Assembly: GCA_000002445.1 (NCBI GenBank)
Contig: CH464491.1
Coordinates: 1,376,001-1,440,000 of the forward strand
Direction: 5' to 3'
DNA from: Trypanosoma brucei
Lineage: Eukaryota
DNA length: 64,000 nucleotides
Below, one piece after another: positions 40,245-52,048 of the stretch. The notes beneath the pieces were generated by a model, which had not been told where the DNA came from, ran no database searches, and was given only the letters and a program-made list of their open reading frames with translations. Each line of letters opens with the position of its first letter. Position 1 is the stretch's first letter. Both the position numbers and the translations under genes were made by a program.

Positions 40245-41554
40245 TCTTTTTTTTTTTTAGAAGTTGAAGGTCTCTCACGAGGTGTTGGAGAGAGAGATCG
40301 AGAGAGTCAATAATCGTCGAAAAGCACCGGGACCACATGTTCGTGGAAAGGAAGAAAGAAGGGGGAGAAAGAAAAAAAAAAGAGAAGAGAAGAGAAGAAA
40401 GGATAAAGGGAATGAAATAAATGAGGAAAATGTGTATGTGTGTTTTGAGTGTATGTGTGGGAAAACCGAGGAGCACACGATGCTAATAAGAGAGTGTCCA
40501 CTATCATTGTTAACACTGAAAAGGGATTTGATATGTTTTTTAACGCATTTACCCACTCGCAGTTGCTGATATGAACCCGTACAGCTATTGCGCACTTTAA
40601 TGTTATAGACGGTGTATAGGAAAATGTAAGTTCGCGAAGGCTATGTCCAACGGGCGACCGAAAAAGCGAACAAATCTTCTACAAAAAGGAAAAAAAAAGG
40701 AAGGAAACATTCAGAGTTGATATGTATATACGTGTGCGCGGACGTACGCAAATATGTTTTGGTTTTGTTGTTGTATGCTCGTATACTTATGTAACTATTG
40801 AGTAACGGGGAGGTGAAACATGAAGGAAGAACATAGGTTACAAATGCTCCTCTGAAAGTTGAACGGAAAATTCCTGTTTGCTTTTTCTTTGTATTTTCGT
40901 TGCTTGAACGGCTGCTTTCAGGGAGGTGGTGGCTAACAAAATAGCACGGGTGAAACTCGTCAGATGCAAAACCATTGGTAATAAAGAGCAAAAGAAAAAA
41001 AGAAATGAACGGAACTGAAGTTAAGGTGAAGGGATACCGGTGGGAAAGTGTGTGCATCAGGAAATAGTGGATGCTCCTACTGTTGCGCCACACTTACGGT
41101 GACACACGCGCTGTTTTTCATAAGTTCTTCTTTTTGTGTTTCTTTACGCTAAAAAAAAAAATATGTTCATAACTATTTTTCCGCTTTTTTTGTTTGCCAT
41201 TGTATTTGGGCACATTCTTTAAAAGGCTACTTTTTTTTAACGTTCGCCCCACCATGTTTTTTTCTAACTTTTATATCCATTGCTGCTTCTTCTTTTTTTT
41301 TTTTGGTTAACCTTTTTTTTATATTGTTTTCTTGTGGTTGCTGCTCGTTTATGTTGTTTCTTGTGCTCTTACTTGTATCCTGTAACACAGTTTGTAAACC
41401 CATAAAATAGTCAATTTCCTCCCCCGAAAATACAATAAATCATAATAGCTCGTTGCGCAAAAAACAAAAAAACAACAACAACAGCAACATCAAAATAACT
41501 AATTTAGGTGAGTGAAGACAAAACCATTAAATATCAGCATTATTAATCGCTCAC

Positions 41555-43222
41555 ATGTTACGACGGTCGTCCCTCTGGTTTGCACCCAAGTCGGCACCTC
41601 CCTTTAAGTTTGTCCCACTGTTGCCTCATCTTCACCACAAAGACACCGAGTACACATTGGTAACAAAAGATTACGTATCTGTTGTCAATCCCGGTGCCGG
41701 GTTACCGGAAATTCTAAAGGTGGAAGCGGCAGGATTAACATTGCTCGCCTCTCGTGCCATTGGCGATGTGCAACATTTCCTCCGCCCATCACACCTGGCG
41801 AGCTTAAGAAGCATTTTTGAGGATCCGGAAGCGAGTGACAATGACCGTTTTGTTGCGCTGCAGCTTATAAAGAATGCCAATATTGCAGCAGCTCGGATTC
41901 TCCCTGGTTGCCAAGACACGGGCACCGCAATTATTGCAGGTTACAAGGGGGAGCAGGTGTTTACCAACGGAGATGATGAGGAGGCGCTGAGCCGCGGTGT
42001 GCATCATATTTATACGACGACGAATTTGCGCTACAGTCAGAATGTTCCGCTTACCATGTACGACGAAAAGAACACCGGATGCAACCTTCCCGCACAGATA
42101 GATCTCTACGCAACAAAGGGATGTGAGTACGAATTCTTTTTTGTGGCTAAAGGCGGCGGGAGTGCGAACAAGGCATTTTTGTTCCAGGAAACAAAATCTG
42201 TTCTCAATCCCAAGTCGCTGCGCAATTTTCTGGAGGAAAAGATTTCGACGATTGGTACTTCCGCTTGTCCACCATATCATATGGCCGTCGTTGTGGGAGG
42301 AACCAGTGCTGAGATGACAATGAAGGCGGTGAAGTACGCTTCCTGCAAGTATCTGGATGAACTCCCAACGAAGCCTGATGAATCGAAGGGTTATACCTAT
42401 CGCGATCTGGAAATGGAACAAATGGTTATGGATATTTGCCGCAATATTGGCATGGGCGCACAGTTTGGTGGGAAGTATTTTGCCCACGATGCACGCGTCA
42501 TCCGCATGCCACGTCACGGTGCCAGCTGCCCCATCGGAATTGGCGTTAGCTGCAGTGCGGACCGCCAAGCACTTGCTAAAATTAACAAAGATGGCATTTG
42601 GGTCGAGAAACTTGAAATGGACCCAGCGAAGTATCTGCCAGAGGTAACGGAGGATCAATTACTTAAGGTGCCACCAGTGAAGATCGACTTGAACATGCCC
42701 ATGGACAAAATACGTGCAGAGCTCTCGAGACACCCCGTGAAGACGCGCCTGTCTCTCACTGGAACCATCATCGTAGCCCGTGACATCGCGCATGCCCGTA
42801 TGCGGGAAATGTTGGAGAACAATAAACCCCTTCCAGATTACATCAAGAACCACCCGGTATATTATGCCGGTCCTGCCAAGCGACCAGAGGCGTTGGCATC
42901 CGGTTCCTTTGGGCCAACCACAGCGGGCCGTATGGACCCGTTTGTGGATCTCTTCCAGGCAAATGGCGGGTCTTTCGTCATGTTGGCTAAAGGCAACCGT
43001 AGCAAACGTGTGACTGAGGCATGTAAGAAGTACGGTGGGTTTTACCTTGGAAGTATTGGGGGACCTGCCGCGTTGCTAGCAATGGATTCCATTCGCAAAG
43101 TGGAAGTACTTGACATGGAGGAACTGGGAATGGAGGCGGTATGGAAGATTGAAGTTGAGAACTTTCCCGCATTTATTGTTGTGGACGATAAGGGTAATGA
43201 CTTCTTCCAACAGCTCAGGTAG
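41555..43222 (+). CDS. FH: Fumarate hydratase, class I (Fe-S dependent); N-terminus resembles a mitochondrial presequence
   Basis: The class I fumarase signature [10 protein letters not shown] is present. 555 aa is typical of the eukaryotic single-chain enzyme. Cys residues conserved for the 4Fe-4S cluster are present. N-terminus is [13 protein letters not shown]. Confidence 0.9.
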   Translation: MLRRSSLWFAPKSAPPFKFVPLLPHLHHKDTEYTLVTKDYVSVVNPGAGLPEILKVEAAGLTLLASRAIGDVQHFLRPSHLASLRSIFEDPEASDNDRFVALQLIKNANIAAARILPGCQDTGTAIIAGYKGEQVFTNGDDEEALSRGVHHIYTTTNLRYSQNVPLTMYDEKNTGCNLPAQIDLYATKGCEYEFFFVAKGGGSANKAFLFQETKSVLNPKSLRNFLEEKISTIGTSACPPYHMAVVVGGTSAEMTMKAVKYASCKYLDELPTKPDESKGYTYRDLEMEQMVMDICRNIGMGAQFGGKYFAHDARVIRMPRHGASCPIGIGVSCSADRQALAKINKDGIWVEKLEMDPAKYLPEVTEDQLLKVPPVKIDLNMPMDKIRAELSRHPVKTRLSLTGTIIVARDIAHARMREMLENNKPLPDYIKNHPVYYAGPAKRPEALASGSFGPTTAGRMDPFVDLFQANGGSFVMLAKGNRSKRVTEACKKYGGFYLGSIGGPAALLAMDSIRKVEVLDMEELGMEAVWKIEVENFPAFIVVDDKGNDFFQQLR

Positions 43223-43344
43223 CGGATGGATTTGTTGTTGTTGTTATAAAGAAGAGGCGCTGAGAAAAGGAAAGGGAAACGAGGAGGAAGAGAGAGAGAG
43301 AGGCAACCGTTGGGCATAATGTGCTCGGCCAAATGAATATACGC

Positions 43345-43371
43345 GTATATATATATATATATATATATATA
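43345..43371. repeat. (TA)13 microsatellite 3' of fumarase gene
   Basis: GTATATATATATATATATATATATATATAG. Confidence 0.9.
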
Positions 43372-44206
43372 GTTTAAGCTCTACATGCGGTGGAAATGGA
43401 ATGTTTCCGCGGGTGAAGGGAGAGGCACGGAGGGCGCAAGGAAAGAGGAGAGGGATATTCAAATAAAACGAGAGTATTCGACAAAGAAAAAAAAACATAC
43501 TTACTACTTAGACGAAATTAAATAAAGGCGAGTAAAAGAAATACAAACATTGGGAAGGAAGAATGCGTGGAGTATGACACTGAGGATGTAGTTTCCACGT
43601 CACCGCACCATACTTACAAGCAAGCAGAATACGCCAGAACAGTTCTTTGTTTGTAGTATATATATATTATCGTTTTCGACATGAGATTAAACGATGCATA
43701 TTGCTTTTGTCATTATTGCCATGTTGTTCGTTTATTTATTTATTTATTTTTTTGCAGGGTCCCGTTGCATAAAGGGGTTAGGGAGGAGATTGTTTGTTTG
43801 GTTCGTCTTCTTAAGGAAAAGAATTGTACGGCCATGCAGTTACTTTTGTATATCTTTTTCTTCCTACGAATTCGTAGAAAATGTGACAGCGAGCGATTTT
43901 TTCCCCCTCCGTTTCAAGCGGAAGCGAAGTCACCTGGTTGAAATGGAAGGAAGGGAATGGATTATGGCAGAGGAACTACGTTATTTAAAAAAAAAAAATG
44001 ACACGTGGAAATGGATATGATGGAGGTTCATATACTGAGGGAAGAAACTTCAAAAAAGGGTTATGTAAGGTGTCCTTGCCTTCATTGTTTCCGTTATTTG
44101 TTTACTTATTAATTTTAAAGTGTACCTGTTTGCGATGTGCCCAATCCCTAAAGTATCGGTTCCGGAGAGCCTCTGATGTGCCCAATTTGCACACGGTAGA
44201 TGCTGA

Positions 44207-44281
44207 CTTGTTTGCTTTTCTATTTTTTTTTCTAAATTCCTCCTTTATTTCTTTTTGTATTGGCGGCTCTGTTGGCCTCAG
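44207..44281 (+). promoter_or_regulatory. polypyrimidine tract + AG upstream of Rsm22-like gene
   Basis: TTGCTTTTCTATTTTTTTTTCTAAATTCCTCCTTTATTTCTTTTTGTATTGGCGGCTCTGTTGGCCTCAG, about 200 nt before ATG 44484. Confidence 0.45.
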
Positions 44282-44483
44282 ACCGTTTTGATCTGAAGAT
44301 TTGCGTACTATTCACCGACAACAACCCTCTACAATTCACACCATTATTTACATGCTTTCTAGTTTGTACAGGGAATCCCGTTGTCTTGTGGAGGGAATTT
44401 CAGCCGTCTCAAGGGAGGGCAGAAAAGTTGTGGGCGAAGGAGGAGTATAAACGGTTAAACTGAGGCTCGCTGCGAAGGGGGAA

Positions 44484-47400
44484 ATGTTCTTCAGGTTTCA
44501 TAGCACAACATTACAAACATGCCTGACGTCTGGAGTCGCTCGTTCCTCCGTCGCCGTTGCAGTGCCTTTACGAGCGGGGTGTACTCGACGGGAAATGTCA
44601 TCGGGAGGCGACGGGGTTTTGGAAGGTGCGATGCATAAGCCTGGCGAATCCGGTCTCCAGGCGGGGAGCAGCACCACCATTGCTGGTAAGGAAACATGGT
44701 CTCAATTTAGTACCAAAATGAGGTATGGTAGGCGTCGTATTCGAGTTATTGATGTTGCAGCAAAGATGTCATATGAGTATCAAATGCTCCGGAAAATGTG
44801 CAAGCGTCGCCCCGCCATGCGGCAGTGGGCAGTGCGGGATGACTTCTGCGATATGAATCCCGGTGTGGTGATCATGTCGCCTTCGATGCAAGCAGCCTTT
44901 ATGAAGGTATTTCGTATGAAGGAAAAGGGTCTCATTCGTCAGTGCCTACGTGATATTGTCCCTGTCATTGAGTACCGCAACCGAGAGGAACCAGCACGAC
45001 TCCCAACAAACCCAGCAGACATGATCCCGGAGGGTGAACCCGATACGCTAAATCAGAAAAAACGGGAACTATTTGAGCGGCGTGAGAAGGGTGAAAACTT
45101 TGCCGATCTCCGTCTCCACGACAAAAGATCACAAGCGAAACTCCGCTTTAGGATTCGCCAACGGTTGCTAAAGTTTCAACGGCAACTGGCAGTCGCCAAT
45201 GCAATTGCCAGCCGATCTGTACTTTACTCCACAAACGATGCGATTGGCTACTTTCTGTTCCGTGGGGCAGCCATGTATGCCGGGATGCATCGCGTGTTTT
45301 TTGAACTCAGCAAACAATTGCCACACTTCGTGCCCAAAACTATGTTAGACTTCGGGGCTGGCACTGGGACTGCCATACTTGTCGCGAAGGAGGTGTACGA
45401 TCCCGGTTCCCTTGCTTACCCGCTTTACCGATCACTTCGGCAGACAATGCAGGGAAATGATTCCTCCCGTACACATCAGCTCTCCGAGTTGCGGTATGAC
45501 CTCAAGCGACTGCAGCGCAACAACGAGGAGAAAAAGAAGGTGCGCTTCATGGCGGTTGCAGCGTTACTGGAGCGCGGCGAGGTTGACCCTGCAGATCTTC
45601 CAGAAGACCTAAAGCGAGAAATTGCTGAGGTTGCGACCGCTGCTGCAACTGCAAAAAAGGACCGCCTTGTGCGGGAGGCACATGCGAGGTACCGTGACGT
45701 AGTTGATGGTACCGAATGGGAGAGCGGCGATCCTCTCGGGGAGGTTCGTGCGAGTACGGAGGATCCGGAGGATGTTATCGACGGAGAACAGGGCGACGGC
45801 GGCGATGACGGCGAGGCGGCGAAGGGTCGCCCGAAAACGTGGTGGGAAAAGCTTATTGATGTGGAAAATGAAACAGCTCGCACTCGCGCCGCCAGACGAC
45901 TTCGCCCTCTTCAGGAAGTTACTGCAGTAGAGCCAAGTCCAGGCATGATGGAGATAGGGACGATGGTTCTTCATGACGATGTACCCAACGTTACGTGGAA
46001 GCGTTATTTGCTTCCCGAAGATGAAGCGATCCAACACGATTTGGTTGTTGCCGCGTATTCACTTAGCGAAATTGCCACCTCAGAGAACCGCCGCCGCATT
46101 GTGCAGCAATTGTGGAAGATGACCAAAGGTGTTCTTGTGTTTGTTGAGTTTGCTAATCTTAATAACTTTAACATCTTAATGGAGGCGCGCGACTGGATCC
46201 TCGAGGAAAAGGATGTTGGTCTCTGGGATTGGCAGCCCACCATTGTAGCTCCTTGTCCCCACGAACATCGCTGTCCTTTGAGGCACTGCAAAACTGGTGT
46301 GAAGCGAAAGCGTATGCGTATTTGCAGCACGGAAGCGCACTACCGTTCCACATTTGTTGAGGTGTGGGCACGGCATATGCCGCTGAAGGTTGGCATTGAA
46401 CCGATTTCTTACTTGATTTTGGCACGTAATGAGCTTGTACCTGAGCGGGCCGAACGCCGACGAGAACAGTTGAAGAAAGCAGAAGAGATGAAACGGCGGG
46501 AACGCGATGTGAAGCAGCAGCAGTTGCATGAGGCGTCGCTCGCAGTCAAAGACGTCGTGTTCGAGCGCCTTAGCGATGAGGCACTTCACCGCGTGCAGAG
46601 TGGTGTTCCTCAACCTTTAACTGATATCGATGAAGTTCGGGAGGCTTCCACCTCCGCAACTTCGACTTCTCTTCTCAAAGATTTGAAAGACGGTGCGACG
46701 AGTACGGGTGAGATTGGTCATATGCCAACTGATGTGCCGCGGTTGGTGAAGACAGGCAACACCCGGCACAATCGGCTCATATTTCCGCTCCAATTTCCCC
46801 CGGCGACGCATAAGTTTAACCGTGCGTTTGTGGATGCGGGTTATCAGAGGCAACGCGCCATCACGCCTGCAGAAATGCTTGTGGTGCGCCAAGAAGTTGA
46901 ACAGCTGCAACAGCGTGTCATGCGAGCTGCCCCGAAGTATTTGCGTGTTGTGAGGGACCCACGTTGCCACGGCAAAGTGCAAGCTGATTTTTGTACCCCA
47001 GAGGGTGATCTTGTGAGTGGTCGCGTTTATAGGCGTTTTTACGGCGATAGGAATCGCGTGAGTGCGCACAGTACGATGCGATGGCAACACATTGGCGGCT
47101 GGAAGTTGCTGAAGCGCATTCGACGGGGATCTTTGTTCCCACACAATGTTCCGCTGTATGCTGTGACGAAGCACGCTCAGATCGACTTTCCCAACACTCT
47201 TCTCGACACCAAGCACTCAACGGTAGAGCAGACGGCCATGCAGTACAACGATCCTATGTCACTTGTGGAGATGCCGGATGATGGACTAACCCGCGAGGAA
47301 CTTAAACAAAAGCGTCGTTTGCAACGTGACGTTGAGCTGCAGAAAAAGGTGGAAGAGAAACTGGAAGATATATTTGGTGTAAATGCTAAGGACTGGAAGA

Positions 47401-47609
47401 TGGATGACTTGGGTGGCGGACGTTTAGATGCTCGCCGAGAGATCAGTGAACAACAGTGGGCCGATGCGGTTCGTCGTGCGAAGATACGAACCGTACAGCA
47501 CACTAAAAATGCTCTCCCTTTTGCAGCAAAGAAACGCGCGGCTCAACGTGCCCTGCAGGTGCGGAGACGCAACGTGAGACTGGAGATGTCAGGGAACCGA
47601 CGCCGTTAA
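44484..47609 (+). CDS. RSM22: Rsm22/METTL17-like class I SAM-dependent methyltransferase domain protein (putative mitoribosome small-subunit factor) with long extensions
   Basis: SAM motif I is MLDFGAGTGTAIL. A downstream Cys/His cluster APCPHEHRCPLRHC...C is of the Rsm22-family type. Total length is 1041 aa with basic, coiled C-terminal extension. Confidence 0.55.
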   Translation: MFFRFHSTTLQTCLTSGVARSSVAVAVPLRAGCTRREMSSGGDGVLEGAMHKPGESGLQAGSSTTIAGKETWSQFSTKMRYGRRRIRVIDVAAKMSYEYQMLRKMCKRRPAMRQWAVRDDFCDMNPGVVIMSPSMQAAFMKVFRMKEKGLIRQCLRDIVPVIEYRNREEPARLPTNPADMIPEGEPDTLNQKKRELFERREKGENFADLRLHDKRSQAKLRFRIRQRLLKFQRQLAVANAIASRSVLYSTNDAIGYFLFRGAAMYAGMHRVFFELSKQLPHFVPKTMLDFGAGTGTAILVAKEVYDPGSLAYPLYRSLRQTMQGNDSSRTHQLSELRYDLKRLQRNNEEKKKVRFMAVAALLERGEVDPADLPEDLKREIAEVATAAATAKKDRLVREAHARYRDVVDGTEWESGDPLGEVRASTEDPEDVIDGEQGDGGDDGEAAKGRPKTWWEKLIDVENETARTRAARRLRPLQEVTAVEPSPGMMEIGTMVLHDDVPNVTWKRYLLPEDEAIQHDLVVAAYSLSEIATSENRRRIVQQLWKMTKGVLVFVEFANLNNFNILMEARDWILEEKDVGLWDWQPTIVAPCPHEHRCPLRHCKTGVKRKRMRICSTEAHYRSTFVEVWARHMPLKVGIEPISYLILARNELVPERAERRREQLKKAEEMKRRERDVKQQQLHEASLAVKDVVFERLSDEALHRVQSGVPQPLTDIDEVREASTSATSTSLLKDLKDGATSTGEIGHMPTDVPRLVKTGNTRHNRLIFPLQFPPATHKFNRAFVDAGYQRQRAITPAEMLVVRQEVEQLQQRVMRAAPKYLRVVRDPRCHGKVQADFCTPEGDLVSGRVYRRFYGDRNRVSAHSTMRWQHIGGWKLLKRIRRGSLFPHNVPLYAVTKHAQIDFPNTLLDTKHSTVEQTAMQYNDPMSLVEMPDDGLTREELKQKRRLQRDVELQKKVEEKLEDIFGVNAKDWKMDDLGGGRLDARREISEQQWADAVRRAKIRTVQHTKNALPFAAKKRAAQRALQVRRRNVRLEMSGNRRR

Positions 47610-47668
47610 TTTATTAGTGATTAAGGTGCTTGAGTGAAAGAAGGGGACCGCGTGGAGGTGCGGTCGCG

Positions 47669-47693
47669 TTCACACACACACACACACACACAC
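47669..47693. repeat. (CA)12 microsatellite 3' of Rsm22-like gene
   Basis: TCACACACACACACACACACACACACG. Confidence 0.9.
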
Positions 47694-48252
47694 GTACACG
47701 TACATACACACGTGTATGCCTAAGGTTACTCGGTTAAGCGCAACACTGTGGCAGCACACGTGATTATTTTAACCGTATATAACTAAAACTGACGATTTTA
47801 ATCGGACATTTTTTTTTCTTTTGGAAGGCAACCCCATTGGTTGTCATTGTTCTTCTTCGGGTTTACCGGAACATTTTCAGTTACTATCACAACGAATAAT
47901 TTTTTTTTTGCGTTTGGTTGCGATACCGCTTGCTACCCTATCTTTTTTGTTGTTTTTTGCTTTATGCACCTTCTTTAGACTTGAATACCCCTCCAAACCC
48001 CGGATCGTATCGTGATACGCACGCTGAGCTCACTTGTCTTGTGGTTGTACATTACCGGTGTAAAGAGTATCATATCGTGAAGCATCACTAGGTGGGGGTA
48101 AAGTTGTGTGAAGTAACGTCATTGCCGAAGAAAACAAAGTTCTTAGCACTTGCTAACATAAAATCTCGTAGTGTTGCCGTGTCAAACGTTTTTACCGATT
48201 GAGAAGTGTGAGCACTAGACGCTGACTACCCGTGTGTAACTTTGCTGAAAGT

Positions 48253-50769
48253 ATGACCTCACGCTCTGATGCTGGTGTATTCCATGTCCGTGCCCTACTC
48301 CTCGGAGTCTTATACGTATGCGGATCATTGCTATTTGTAACATCGATGTTATCAAAGACAACAACTCTGACAAATGTTTCTAGCAATACTTGCCCAACTG
48401 TACGGGGTGTCGATCAAATCATTGTGCTTTTGGTTGACGCATTGAGGCCGGACTTCGTACTTCCTGCTCTGTCACCCCATTACCTCGATGGAGTGGAGTG
48501 CTCTACCGTTAGTGCCCGCGGTGTTGACGGTAACGTTAACGGCGACCGCCGTTCAACACTGACATACATGGAAGAAAACCTGAAGCGTGTCGCTCACCCC
48601 TCGCATGGTTTTTTTTTCCTTTCTGATACCCCAACCATAACGGCACAGCGGATCAAGGCGATCACCACAGGGACAACGCCAGCATTCCTCGAGGTAGGGA
48701 CAAACCTCAATACCGATGAGGTCCAAATTGACAACATACTTCTGCAGTTACGAAGGCGGTCTATATTACTTGGAGATGATACATGGCTCAACTTATTCCC
48801 TGACCATCAGGGTAACGCATCTTTCTGGAAACACACTCACGCACTTCCACCATACAATGTCAGTGATTTTGACACTAACGATGCAACAGTAATTGCGGAT
48901 TTGATGCCGCTGCTCCTTTCCGAAACGGCAGAGCAGGCGCCAGACGACTACGCACGACTTATTATTGGACACTTACTGGCTGTGGATCACGTTGGTCACC
49001 GTCACCATGCCAGCCATCCTGCTATGTACAAGAAACTCTCTGATATTAACGAAATGTTGCGAAACGTGACTAAGCGGCTGCGCGAAGAAAGGCAAACGTC
49101 AATGCGGACACTTCTTGTTGTGTTTGGTGATCATGGAATGACAAACAGTGGTGACCACGGCGGAGACTCCGAAGGGGAGAGAGACTCTTTTATGTATGCA
49201 GAGCTTTTCGAGAGTAGCAGAGACTCGGTGCATGCACCTGTAAACTCTTCGGACAAATTTCAACGGAAAAACAATTTAACTGAGAAGCGGTGGGAAGACA
49301 ACATTGACGAAGATCTTTCGCGCTTGAAGGCGTGCCGTGATGTTGCGGGAGTTCATCCCGGAAAGTTGAGTGCTGTCCATCAGGTTGACCTCACCCCAAC
49401 GCTTGCACTTCTTCTTGGTGTGCCCATTCCCTTCAGTAACGTTGGTCGTGTGATACCAGAGATGGTTGCGCTTTCAAATCCCGATGTCAATATGAGTGCA
49501 TCCGAGGAATGCAACTGGAAGCAGTTAACTTCATATTTTGACGAGGCAGGTTTGTACATAAAGCCTGAGTGGAAGGATAGTAATCTTTCTTTGCGGAGAC
49601 GTATTGCACAAATGAGTCACTTTGCACGGTCCATTCGCATGGAAATAAGGCGGGATGGGGCATTTATAGGATCATCTCTTTGCATGGTTACGGCGCTTTC
49701 CCTGTTGAGGAATGGGGACATACAACAAGTGATTTGTGGAAGGTCCGTTCTCGGGATTGGGACATTGTTTCTACTCGTTCTTAGATTACTTGCTGTATTT
49801 GCAAATAGTTTTATCATCAAAGAAAGCGTCGAGGTATTTTGTCTACTACAGCTACTGCTTATAGCTGCCTTGTTTGTTGCGCCAACGAAAGGCGGTGGGA
49901 GGCATGCGTCCTTCCTCATTGTCATTCTTCTTGTGTTGCTGCGGGTAGCTGTGCCGCTAGTGTCCCGTGAGCGTTCGCACATCACACACACGGCTGAAGC
50001 GACGTCGCACCTGGAGATGTGGTTGGCGAAACAGTTTCCCGAGTTTCATTACAATAGCGTTGGGATCATACTGGGAGCTGCCCTATTTGTTTTTTCGGCA
50101 CCTACAATGCCTCACCGTCTTATGGGAATCGTCCTTGGGACAGTAGCAGCAGTGTGTTATGGGCAGCCGCTGATTCATCACATTGGACCGTTTGTATTTT
50201 TCGCACTGACGTTCTTTTTTCGAGGCATGGGCCCGCTGCGATACACGGCGCTGGTTTTGTGGTCGAGCTCGCTTTGTAATGATAACTACGTTGCAAGCGC
50301 CTCAATAGCTGTTAGTGGTGTCCTTTTACCCGTTGTTCTCACCGCCACACGCCATTTGCCCGTGGTGCCGCAAGCTTTAATGCTTCATCTTTACATGTGG
50401 GTGTCCTTCTTTGCACAAGGTAATCAGTGCCTGTTGAACACCGTTGATCTCAATGCCTCATTTGTGGGCTTGCCCTTCAACAGTGTGGCTTTGGGATCAG
50501 TTTTTGTTTTGTCAAGGCTTTGCAATGCCTTTCTGTTTGCCCCCATTGCCGTGATGATTACTTACGGTACAGACCGTGCACGGGGCTGGCGCGTCTGTTA
50601 CTTACTTCTTTATATAACCTTGGCGCAGAGTGCGGTGTCTAGTTTCAATGGATATATCCAGAAGTCGCATTTGATGTTCTTTCCAATCTTTTGTCCCAAA
50701 TTTATTTTCGATTTTTGTATCGGTATGGCGGCTTGTATTGGCTACGCACTGGCTGCGTTACTGGCATGA
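48253..50769 (+). CDS. GPI13: GPI ethanolamine-phosphate transferase (PIG-O/GPI13-like; alkaline-phosphatase-superfamily N-domain plus polytopic C-domain)
   Basis: Pattern: N-terminal TM, then IIVLLVDALRPDFV and HLLAVDHVGHRHH (PIG-N/O/G family metal-site motifs), then about 10 predicted TM helices. The track start 48232 is GTG. The first ATG is 48253. Confidence 0.75.
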   Translation: MTSRSDAGVFHVRALLLGVLYVCGSLLFVTSMLSKTTTLTNVSSNTCPTVRGVDQIIVLLVDALRPDFVLPALSPHYLDGVECSTVSARGVDGNVNGDRRSTLTYMEENLKRVAHPSHGFFFLSDTPTITAQRIKAITTGTTPAFLEVGTNLNTDEVQIDNILLQLRRRSILLGDDTWLNLFPDHQGNASFWKHTHALPPYNVSDFDTNDATVIADLMPLLLSETAEQAPDDYARLIIGHLLAVDHVGHRHHASHPAMYKKLSDINEMLRNVTKRLREERQTSMRTLLVVFGDHGMTNSGDHGGDSEGERDSFMYAELFESSRDSVHAPVNSSDKFQRKNNLTEKRWEDNIDEDLSRLKACRDVAGVHPGKLSAVHQVDLTPTLALLLGVPIPFSNVGRVIPEMVALSNPDVNMSASEECNWKQLTSYFDEAGLYIKPEWKDSNLSLRRRIAQMSHFARSIRMEIRRDGAFIGSSLCMVTALSLLRNGDIQQVICGRSVLGIGTLFLLVLRLLAVFANSFIIKESVEVFCLLQLLLIAALFVAPTKGGGRHASFLIVILLVLLRVAVPLVSRERSHITHTAEATSHLEMWLAKQFPEFHYNSVGIILGAALFVFSAPTMPHRLMGIVLGTVAAVCYGQPLIHHIGPFVFFALTFFFRGMGPLRYTALVLWSSSLCNDNYVASASIAVSGVLLPVVLTATRHLPVVPQALMLHLYMWVSFFAQGNQCLLNTVDLNASFVGLPFNSVALGSVFVLSRLCNAFLFAPIAVMITYGTDRARGWRVCYLLLYITLAQSAVSSFNGYIQKSHLMFFPIFCPKFIFDFCIGMAACIGYALAALLA

Positions 50770-51343
50770 GTGCGGGCTCCGTGTTCTCGTCATCCTTTTT
50801 TTCTTTGTGTGTTGTTGTTGATGCTGATGGTATTTCCGCTTCGTCTTGCTTTTGCAGTTGAGCCATGTCACAAAAGTTTTGAGGAGGGAGGAGAAGTGAC
50901 AGATGTGAGCAAAGGTGGAGAAACGACGTGAATGACTTGAGGAGGGTTTGAGCGTATCTGCCATTTTGTGTGTGTGAATGCCGGAAGTGAATAGACAAGG
51001 ATGAGTAACTCTGCTGAATTCCCTTTTTGTTTTCACTCGATGTGTTACCCATTATTTGCTCTTTCTTTTCCTTTTTCTCTTTTCCTCTTTGATTGTGGTT
51101 GTGATTAAACGTTTATATACACATTTAGCTGCCTTGGAGGTTAAGAAAACGAGCGAAACGGGTAGTAGGCGAATAGGAGAGGTGGCAATACTCCTCAACG
51201 TTGTGCGCAAGTGCTGCGCTAGGGGAAGTTTCTTTTTTTTTTTTTTTTGCCCCCTCTTCTTCATCTTTGGAATCTTACGGCGCTGTTAACTTGTTGGTGG
51301 GTCAGGCGGGGCAATTGAATTTTCTTCGCCCACATCTTCACGA

Positions 51344-52048
51344 ATGCAGCCGCATGGTGGAGCAAAAAACATTCGCCCACGTGATGTTTTCACCTACGTG
51401 ATGCGCCGCATTTGGCCTCCGGATCGTCCCATGCCAATTTTCACGATGTTAGCTGTTATTGTTAATGGTGTACAGCTTATTTATAGCTTCCCTGTGCTAC
51501 TTTCTTTAGATTGTAAGAAATGGATGTCACAGTGGTGTGCAATTGGCACTGCAAATACAATAGGCAACATGCTTTATCCAATTGTCCTGATGTGGCGCTT
51601 CCGACGTAAGATCGAGGAGGGTATTCCAACAGCTGAAAGCAACATACACCTTTTCGTAAAGGAACCAACGAATATTGTCTTCCTTTTGTTTCTCATCTGG
51701 GAGATTCTGTGGATGTCACACTCCCCAAGCCTTCCTGATTCTTCGTTATCCTCGGGCCAATGTAGCCACTACGTTTTATTTTTAATTATATTCTCTAGTG
51801 TTTGGATGTTTTTGTTGTTGCTGCTCGTAATGTTTACTTTCATGACGGACTTTGGACGGCCACCGCGGTGGCGCGAGTGGGCGAATGAACGCTGGAGGCA
51901 AAGGCAGGAAATTTTTTCATTAGTGCATTACGGTGTTCCTAATCCTCCTGAAAATACTCGACGCAAAACGTTTTCTGAAACATTTGCAGATATAATGGGA
52001 ACGCATACCGATTTGGGGCCTGCTCAGCCGGATGTGAGGCGCGGTTGA
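51344..52048 (+). CDS. hypothetical small membrane protein (3-4 predicted TM helices)
   Basis: 234-aa ATG ORF with hydrophobic segments (IFTMLAVIVNGVQLIYSFPVLL, IVFLLFLIWEILWM, VLFLIIFSSVWMFLLLLLVMFTF). It occupies the coding slot between two annotated genes. Confidence 0.45.
   Translation: MQPHGGAKNIRPRDVFTYVMRRIWPPDRPMPIFTMLAVIVNGVQLIYSFPVLLSLDCKKWMSQWCAIGTANTIGNMLYPIVLMWRFRRKIEEGIPTAESNIHLFVKEPTNIVFLLFLIWEILWMSHSPSLPDSSLSSGQCSHYVLFLIIFSSVWMFLLLLLVMFTFMTDFGRPPRWREWANERWRQRQEIFSLVHYGVPNPPENTRRKTFSETFADIMGTHTDLGPAQPDVRRG

Noticed and set aside
41804-42658. 284-aa minus-strand ORF
   Set aside because: It lies entirely antisense to the + strand class I fumarase, which has unambiguous family motifs. 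Its composition is Cys/His/Arg-rich antisense noise. The same applies to minus ORFs 46617-47216, 46176-46613, 45609-46037, 57739-58236 and 59854-60237.
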